Source: Parcubacteria group bacterium GW2011_GWC1_41_7 (GTDB lineage Bacteria; Patescibacteriota; Minisyncoccia; UBA6257; HR35). From it: a DNA stretch of 40,532 nucleotides. The notes beneath the pieces were generated by a model. The model saw nothing but the letters and a program-made list of their open reading frames with translations. It was not told the origin of the DNA and made no database searches. Position 1 is the first letter of the stretch. Each line of letters opens with the position of its first letter. This document shows, piece by piece, positions 34,366 through 40,532 of the stretch. The stretch covers positions 1-40,532 of the forward strand of contig LCBW01000001.1 in assembly GCA_000997465.1 (NCBI GenBank), in the 5' to 3' direction. A program made the position numbers and the translations under genes.

Positions 34366-36006
34366 ATGGAAATAAACTCCACGACTGGTGAATATTTAAG
34401 CGTATCCGCAAGAAATGTGAATGTACTTTTAAATTTTTGTAAAAAACGCGAAATATCCACGGAACCGCTTCTTGAAAACCTCCCCTATCCATCCTCATAT
34501 ATCAAAAATCCAGATAACTGGATTCCCTTGCCCGTTTTTACCGAGATTACTCATCGCGTCAAACATGCATTCAATGACGACTCAAATATTTTTTACCATA
34601 TTGGCCTTACCTGTTTAGAAGAGGGAAATTTAGGACTTGTTGATTTACTCATTCGCATCTTAGGTATCGGACTCAGCACTGAGTCGGTTATCCGAAAAGT
34701 TCCGCAATACAATACCCTCTTCAATAGAACAAAAACATTTGAAATCTTAGACAGTTCGACATCAGGCGCAATTATAAAAATTCAATTTCTTCCCGAGTTC
34801 AATGCCGTTGACGACTACCATTCGGGACCATTCATCCGCGGAATTATTGCAAGTTTACCCAAACTATGGGGCGCAGAACTTGCGCACGTTGAAGAAGTAC
34901 TGCTTGAATACGACCCCGTTGATCTTTTGAAGCGTCAATTCAACATGCTTGCCGAAATAAAAAGCGGAAAGCTGTACGTTGAAAACGAAGAATACGGAAA
35001 AGAAGTTGAACTTGTTGCCGAAAACATCAAGCAGGAAAAATATTTCCTTGGGGCGTACAAAAATAAAAAACAAGGACATCATACGGCAATTCTTATCACA
35101 AAAGATCTTACCATCGGAGAGCTGTCCATATTGCAAAAAAATCAGCTGTACAAGGCGCCTTATTTCATCCTTAAAGTTTCCTGGAATAATATATCGCTAC
35201 TTCGAAAACTAAAGTATATTTTTATGTTTCCGCTTTGGAAACGAAACCTTGATATAAAAGATTTCGAAGAACGCGTTGCGTATTTTCAGCAATACAGCAA
35301 ACAACTTGAAATCACCGTGCAAAAGAGAAACAAGGAAATTTTGAAACAAAAGGATCAAATTGAATATTTGCACGGACAGATGCAAGAAATTATGGCTTCA
35401 CAACTTCCCGCTGACATTGTAGAATCTATGACAAAGGGAAAATTGCATCCTCGAAAAAATAGCGGGATTGTGCTTTTTGCTGACCTTGTTCGCTTTTCAG
35501 AAACACTACACAATTCAAAGCAGCACGAGGAAGTTATTCAAGACCTGAGAAAATACTTTGAAATTGCAAATTACGCGATAAAATCACGCGGCGGATGGAT
35601 TTATAAGTACCTAGGTGACGGAATTATGGCTGTGTTTGGAGGACATAAACGAGACGAGGATTATCATGCCCTTGCACTTGCGGCAATAAGCGCGGCCGAA
35701 AAGGTAAGAAGTCAAGTACATGATATGAATTGGAATTTGCGTATTGGTATTGAATACGGAAATTTTTTCTCAGGAGAAATCGGACCACAAAATGAACGCA
35801 TCTGGGATTTTTTGGGAAACACCGTTAATTTTGCATTTCGCCTCCAACAGGAAGCATTAGAAAATGATATTCTTTTAGGACCTGAATGCTATGAACTTAT
35901 AAAAGATGAGATTGAAGTTGAAAAATGTATTGTATCAATGAAGGGCCTAGGGCAACAACCAGCATTTACGTACAAAGGTAAAAAACTGCGAACATCAAAG
36001 ATGTGA
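34366..36006 (+). CDS. Class III adenylate/guanylate cyclase with an N-terminal sensor-like domain and a coiled-coil linker
   Basis: Catalytic domain motifs VLFADLVRFSE, GDGIMAVFG, RIGIEYGNFFSGEIG and LGNTVNFAFRLQ. The N-terminus resembles AraC-type ligand-binding (Arabinose_bd-like) domains, but the similarity is weak. Confidence 0.8.
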   Translation: MEINSTTGEYLSVSARNVNVLLNFCKKREISTEPLLENLPYPSSYIKNPDNWIPLPVFTEITHRVKHAFNDDSNIFYHIGLTCLEEGNLGLVDLLIRILGIGLSTESVIRKVPQYNTLFNRTKTFEILDSSTSGAIIKIQFLPEFNAVDDYHSGPFIRGIIASLPKLWGAELAHVEEVLLEYDPVDLLKRQFNMLAEIKSGKLYVENEEYGKEVELVAENIKQEKYFLGAYKNKKQGHHTAILITKDLTIGELSILQKNQLYKAPYFILKVSWNNISLLRKLKYIFMFPLWKRNLDIKDFEERVAYFQQYSKQLEITVQKRNKEILKQKDQIEYLHGQMQEIMASQLPADIVESMTKGKLHPRKNSGIVLFADLVRFSETLHNSKQHEEVIQDLRKYFEIANYAIKSRGGWIYKYLGDGIMAVFGGHKRDEDYHALALAAISAAEKVRSQVHDMNWNLRIGIEYGNFFSGEIGPQNERIWDFLGNTVNFAFRLQQEALENDILLGPECYELIKDEIEVEKCIVSMKGLGQQPAFTYKGKKLRTSKM

Positions 36007-36033
36007 GCGAGTAAAACGATATAATCATAAAAG

Positions 36034-37467
36034 ATGAGCGCCGGTAAAACGATGAAAAAAATTTCTATGATCATTTATAGTATATATTTTTATGCAGTAT
36101 TAGGATTTTTTCTCGGCGTCTATTATCTGTATGGACTGCTGACAACTCCAAAAACTAATCTCAAAAAATGGAGATTGCTTGCGCATGCGGCAATTACGCG
36201 CGCCTTTTCCCTAAGCGGTATTCACATTATTGTTTCGGGAAAAGAAAATCTTCCCAATGGCACTGCTGTTTTGTGCGCAAACCACCAAAGTTATCTGGAT
36301 GGTCTTGTCGTGTCATATGCAACGGGAATTCCCTTTACCGCAGTAACTGCTCCCTTCAAAACTTTTCCCGCCCTGCTTCGCTTTTGGTTTGCGCGCATGG
36401 CATTTATCCAAGTGCAACGCGATGTGTTTGAAGAATTAAAATATACAGGAGCAAATGCCCGCGACGCAGTAATTCAAAAAGCAATACATGCCCTACAAAA
36501 CGATACCTCTCTTCTTATTTTTCCAGAAGGAAGACGCGAACTGCACGAACATCTCTTGCCCTTCCATGCCGGGGTTGCAAAAATCGCAATTGCCGCATGC
36601 GCTCCTATTGTGCCAATAACCCTAAAAAACATAGACCACATACTCCCCGCAGAAGGAGTATTGGTATCCCCGGGAATAATTGAAGTAGTTATTCATAAGC
36701 CCATTATGCTTCACCGACATCCAAAATCACTTACTCAAGATGCAGAAATTCTTGAAGAAATTATTGAAGAATCACTGCCTATAAGTTATGTAGAGCAAAA
36801 AAGCATTCCCCATACGCTAAAAGGAAAAAGAGCGGCATTTTTTGACTTAGACGGAACACTCACTAAAAAGGACGTGTGGAAAATGCTTGGGATTGCATAT
36901 ATCAAAAAACATAAAGATAAAAAACTGTTTTGGCAATTTACAAAATTGTCTCTTATAAAACGATTTTTAAAACATGGGTACTTATATCTTTCATCAATGA
37001 AACTGCTCAAGGGGGTGCGTGTTGAAGAATTTCAGCTTATCGCAAAAGAACTACTAGAGCAACAGTGGGATGATATTTTTTATGCCGACATGCTCGCGTT
37101 GATGCTCCAGCACAAAAAAGATGGCAATGACGTATTTATCATTACCGAAGAACCCGATGCCCTTATTGCTCCTATTTTTAATATGCTCGGTGCTGAAGGG
37201 TACGGAACTATTGTTGAAATACAAAATGGAAAAATGACCGGAAAAGTAAAGGGACGCATTATGAAAGATGCCGAAAAACTTCAGCAAGCACGAAAAATAG
37301 CGCACGAACACCATATTGATCTATCAAAAAGTTATGCGTATGGAAACACGTGGCACGATTTTGATCTTGTCACAGGGATTGAACACGGATATGTTGTGCA
37401 CCCGTCTCCAGCGCTTAAAAAAAGAGCAAAACGTGAGGGAGTGCGCGTCATATACCCAAGGGTATAG
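36034..37467 (+). CDS. Lysophospholipid (1-acyl-sn-glycerol-3-phosphate) acyltransferase fused to a HAD-IB hydrolase domain
   Basis: NHQSYLDG and FPEGRR (PlsC motifs), then FFDLDGTLT (HAD motif I) and C-terminal GNTWHD. Confidence 0.8.
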   Translation: MSAGKTMKKISMIIYSIYFYAVLGFFLGVYYLYGLLTTPKTNLKKWRLLAHAAITRAFSLSGIHIIVSGKENLPNGTAVLCANHQSYLDGLVVSYATGIPFTAVTAPFKTFPALLRFWFARMAFIQVQRDVFEELKYTGANARDAVIQKAIHALQNDTSLLIFPEGRRELHEHLLPFHAGVAKIAIAACAPIVPITLKNIDHILPAEGVLVSPGIIEVVIHKPIMLHRHPKSLTQDAEILEEIIEESLPISYVEQKSIPHTLKGKRAAFFDLDGTLTKKDVWKMLGIAYIKKHKDKKLFWQFTKLSLIKRFLKHGYLYLSSMKLLKGVRVEEFQLIAKELLEQQWDDIFYADMLALMLQHKKDGNDVFIITEEPDALIAPIFNMLGAEGYGTIVEIQNGKMTGKVKGRIMKDAEKLQQARKIAHEHHIDLSKSYAYGNTWHDFDLVTGIEHGYVVHPSPALKKRAKREGVRVIYPRV

Positions 37468-37479
37468 TAACGCATACGG

Positions 37480-38295
37480 CTATCGGGTTGGGCGAAGAAG
37501 ATTTGCCTCCTGTAAAAGATACTCGCACTTTTCCGCCGATACACCGGAAATTTTCTGTATTTCTTCTTTTGAAAGCTTTAAAAAATCTTCTACCAAAACA
37601 ACATGTTCGGCAATAAGCCGTTGAAAAATTTCACGCGTACCAGAGGGCAATATCGTAATAGGGTAACAGTTTGATTTTTCAATAAGGTTTTCAAGCGACT
37701 CTCCTAAAGGATGCTTCCATGCTGTTATCTTTATTCCCTGGCAATGACTATAATCAACCGCATCCATTGAAAATTTTGTATTTGTCGCAATCCACGGCTT
37801 AAATTGTTTTTTATTCTTTTCATTAATGTCCAAAACTTTTGCATAGACGTACAGTGCTGTTTTGATGTCTGATTTTTTTTGCCAATATTGGTGAAACTTG
37901 CACTCCACAAGATATTCGTCTCCCCCTTTGGTTGCATACACATCCATCTCATGCTGTACGCATTTTCCCTCAAACAGCATAGGAAGCACCGCGGAATATC
38001 CGCTGTGCTCTAGTACTTTTGCAAAATATTGTTCAAAAGGAAAGCCAGTTGGGCCAAGTTCTGAAATCGCTTTTTTCAAATTTAGCTTGCACCCGAGCAC
38101 TGGATTTTCTCTGTGAACCTCGTCAAAGAGTGTTTTGTAAATAAGCTCAACCGGAACGCGATCCGGCAGAGATGTTTTTACTTTTTCAACTATTTTATTT
38201 GCAAGCTCCAAACTCCCTCCAATACGTGCAACAACAGTTTTTATTTTTTCTTCTTGTAACGGTTCAATTTCTCCGTTTTTCTTTATGACAAACAT
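37480..38295 (-). CDS. ATP-cone domain fused to a PD-(D/E)xK (Mrr-like) restriction endonuclease domain, with a helix-hairpin-helix-like tail
   Basis: The N-terminal VIKKNGEIEPLQEEKI is ATP-cone-like. GFPFEQYFAKVLEHSGY...EMDVYATKGGDEYLVECKF matches the D...E-x-K nuclease core. Confidence 0.75.
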   Translation of the reverse strand: MFVIKKNGEIEPLQEEKIKTVVARIGGSLELANKIVEKVKTSLPDRVPVELIYKTLFDEVHRENPVLGCKLNLKKAISELGPTGFPFEQYFAKVLEHSGYSAVLPMLFEGKCVQHEMDVYATKGGDEYLVECKFHQYWQKKSDIKTALYVYAKVLDINEKNKKQFKPWIATNTKFSMDAVDYSHCQGIKITAWKHPLGESLENLIEKSNCYPITILPSGTREIFQRLIAEHVVLVEDFLKLSKEEIQKISGVSAEKCEYLLQEANLLRPTR

Positions 38296-38306
38296 TTATA
38301 TATATA

Positions 38307-40100
38307 TTATGATTGTATGGGAATTTCTTTGGATTTTGGCAATATCGGTTTTTCAGGAAAACTTACAAAAAAGGTAGTTCCCTCCCGTTCTCTTGTTTCA
38401 AACCAAATTTTCCCCTGATGACCGTGCGTAATAATTTTCGAAATCATCAACCCCATACCGGTTCCCACATTTCTTCCCTCAACGGCATTTTTTGCTCGAA
38501 ATACTTCTTGAAAAATAAAACTTTGATCTTCTTTGGGAATGCCGATGCCCGTATCTTTTATGGAAACAACGTATCCATTTTGCTTTACTATCTTCAATGC
38601 TATTGTCCCACCAAGCTTGTTGTATATAATTGCATTGTCAATAAGGTAATCGAATAGCTTATACAGCGCGCGCTTATCTCCATTGATACTTACATTTTTT
38701 GCGGCAACCTCATCTTCCCAATGCCATGAAATACTTTTTTCTTTTACTGCGTTCTCCCTCGCCTGCAATGCAACGCTTAGCGCATCATGCAAAAAAACCT
38801 GATCCACATGCTGTTGATTCTTATACGGATTGTAGGCAAATCCAATATCGGAGAGAAAAATAGCATCTTGAACAATTTCAGCTAAGTTTTTATGACTTTC
38901 TTTAATACTCTTTACTTCATCAGATTGTTCTCCTTTTAGTGATTCCAAAGACCACCCAATCACCGCAAGTGGCGTATTAAGCTGGTGCGCAACCGTTGTC
39001 ATGAATTTATCCTTTACAACAGACAATTCTTTTTGTTTCTCCAGTGCCCTGCGCAAATACTTTTGCCGCACACGCAAAACCTTAAGCCGTTGAACTGCCT
39101 GAACGCTAAGCGCCATGCTGTTGAATTGATTTCCTAAATCTTCCAATTCATCTCCTGTTTTTATCTGTACACGAAAATTAAAATTGCCCTGCCCGATTTC
39201 TTTTGATCCGTGAAGAAGCGTTCGAATAGGGCGCACCATTTTATCCGACACAATCAAAGAAACCACGAATACAATAAAGAGCGAAATAAGAAGCAGGAAT
39301 AAAATTTGCTTACCAATGTCCCAAATAATAGCTCCAACTTCTGAAAATGGCCATTCCGCAACAATGGTCCACCCTAGCTGTGGCGTTGTTTTTTCAACAT
39401 GCAACGTTGATTCATTTTCATCCGGAGCTCCCAGTCCCGGTTCAATATCAAGCGAGTGCGCAAGAAGCTTTTTATTTTTGTCAAACAAATAAATATATCC
39501 GCTCTTTCCTAAAACAGACGTTTTAACAATATTTTCAATTTGAGAAAGTCGTACTGTTCCAAATACAACTCCGATGACTTGTTGTCGCGCATTAAACACC
39601 GGCTCTGCAATGGACACAAACGGAGCTCTACGGGCAAATCGAACATCACTGACATAGCGCTTTCCCTGGCTTGCGGAGAAAAATTCTTTTGATCGGTCAA
39701 AAATTGCATATTCTCCGGAATAATCAGAAGAGCGGGCACTATACGTTTGTGTTCCAAGCGTACACTCTCTGTCCACTGCGCATAAAAACCCGACTTCTAC
39801 AAAATCGGCATTTGCAGAGAGAGCGTTTTGAGCGATACTTTGTTGAATAGAAAGAGGAACCTGGGAAACACTGCTATAACTTACATGCACATCAAGTTGA
39901 GTAAATAATCCTTCAAAAAAACGCAAAATTTCTGTTGATTTTTGATTCAGTAAATTTTCTTCAATCAATAAAACATCTTGACGGTGCACAAAATACACCG
40001 AATAGATAACGACACTTCCCAAAATAATCACCGGCGTAACGGTAAGAACAAGAAAATAGCGAAAGAATTTTTTTTGAAATTTTGTCATACCCTTCTTCAC
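38307..40100 (-). CDS. Sensor histidine kinase (Cache-like periplasmic domain, HAMP, HisKA, HATPase_c)
   Basis: Two TMs flank a ~230-aa extracytoplasmic domain. H-box TTVAHQLNTPL, N-box LIDNAIIYN, G-boxes DTGIGI and GTGMGL. No response regulator lies in the window. Confidence 0.9.
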   Translation of the reverse strand: MKKGMTKFQKKFFRYFLVLTVTPVIILGSVVIYSVYFVHRQDVLLIEENLLNQKSTEILRFFEGLFTQLDVHVSYSSVSQVPLSIQQSIAQNALSANADFVEVGFLCAVDRECTLGTQTYSARSSDYSGEYAIFDRSKEFFSASQGKRYVSDVRFARRAPFVSIAEPVFNARQQVIGVVFGTVRLSQIENIVKTSVLGKSGYIYLFDKNKKLLAHSLDIEPGLGAPDENESTLHVEKTTPQLGWTIVAEWPFSEVGAIIWDIGKQILFLLLISLFIVFVVSLIVSDKMVRPIRTLLHGSKEIGQGNFNFRVQIKTGDELEDLGNQFNSMALSVQAVQRLKVLRVRQKYLRRALEKQKELSVVKDKFMTTVAHQLNTPLAVIGWSLESLKGEQSDEVKSIKESHKNLAEIVQDAIFLSDIGFAYNPYKNQQHVDQVFLHDALSVALQARENAVKEKSISWHWEDEVAAKNVSINGDKRALYKLFDYLIDNAIIYNKLGGTIALKIVKQNGYVVSIKDTGIGIPKEDQSFIFQEVFRAKNAVEGRNVGTGMGLMISKIITHGHQGKIWFETREREGTTFFVSFPEKPILPKSKEIPIQS

Positions 40101-40144
40101 TTATTATAGGGCGCATTTCGCTAAAAAACCGTGTGCATAGCGTA

Positions 40145-40532
40145 TCACCGCTGAAATAATTCAAGTACCCGATTAACCGATACATCGGATGATTGAATAA
40201 CAAGTCCATTTTTTTGCACAGCGGGCAAAAAAGTTTTTTTTACAACAGCAGTATCGCGAATCCAAAGCATATCAAGATCAAGAAATGTATTTTTATTCCA
40301 AAATGATTGCACGGCGGCATCTGGAAATACAAACAACATGCCGTCAATGTGACGTGGGACATGCTTGACAAACATGAGCCCCTGTTGGCGCTGGATGCTG
40401 CTTGTTGCAACAAATACACGAAGATTTTTTCCTTCAATAGAAAAATTTTGAACAGGCATATCAGGAAAATATGACTCTCTCCCCAAAAACCAAAACAGCA
40501 AAACAGCAAAAAAAAGAACTACAAAAACAACT
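40145..40532 (-). CDS. DUF192 domain protein, N-terminus beyond the right edge
   Basis: QRQQGLMFV...DGMLFVF...FWNKNTFLDLDMLWI matches the DUF192 pattern. The reading frame stays open upstream of the track's TTG start through a hydrophobic anchor (VVFVVLFFAVLLFWF) to the window end. Confidence 0.7.
   Translation of the reverse strand, partial: VVFVVLFFAVLLFWFLGRESYFPDMPVQNFSIEGKNLRVFVATSSIQRQQGLMFVKHVPRHIDGMLFVFPDAAVQSFWNKNTFLDLDMLWIRDTAVVKKTFLPAVQKNGLVIQSSDVSVNRVLELFQR

Noticed and set aside
1-40532. Possible alternative genetic code (UGA recoding, as in some CPR lineages).
   Set aside because: Long uninterrupted ORFs with full-length conserved proteins (SecA, DnaB, GlyRS, GAPDH) are obtained with the standard bacterial code, and several of these genes end in TGA at the expected protein length.

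Overview
The window is low-GC (high 30s % by eye), tightly packed and mostly transcribed on the minus strand. Its gene content looks like a Candidate Phyla Radiation (CPR)/Patescibacteria (Parcubacteria-like) genome; this is an inference from a DUF5652-like protein, T4SS-pilin-like membrane proteins, widespread lack of Shine-Dalgarno (SD) sequences and compact housekeeping operons. Most of the window is housekeeping: recR, dnaB, rplI, an S41 protease, recO, glyQS, murC, htpX, ftsI-ftsL-rsmH-mraZ, murB, pepA, secA, a MurF-like ligase, an NRAMP transporter, gap and rmuC. Accessory or signalling genes are two tandem pilin-like proteins fused to cell-wall enzymes, a VirD4/TraD-like ATPase operon translationally coupled to rmuC, a class III nucleotide cyclase, a PlsC-HAD fusion, an ATP-cone/PD-(D/E)xK nuclease and an orphan histidine kinase. 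I found no rRNA, tRNA, CRISPR array, transposase or integrase. The unusual signals are mostly non-coding. (1) The murB-mraZ spacer holds an 85-bp, 83/85-identical inverted repeat bracketing 571 bp; the bracketed segment carries MraZ-type operator repeats and a 14-codon Lys/Ala-only mini-ORF followed by a textbook 1:2/2:3/3:4 attenuator. (2) A riboswitch-like terminator/antiterminator element lies between rplI and dnaB. (3) A family of GC-rich double-hairpin repeats occurs at four loci, always co-oriented with the upstream gene; at two of these loci it follows a small GC-rich, strong-SD ORF that looks foreign. (4) A 12-bp anti-SD:SD helix lies in front of the NRAMP gene. All calls come from reading the sequence and remembered family motifs. 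No searches or folding programs were run.
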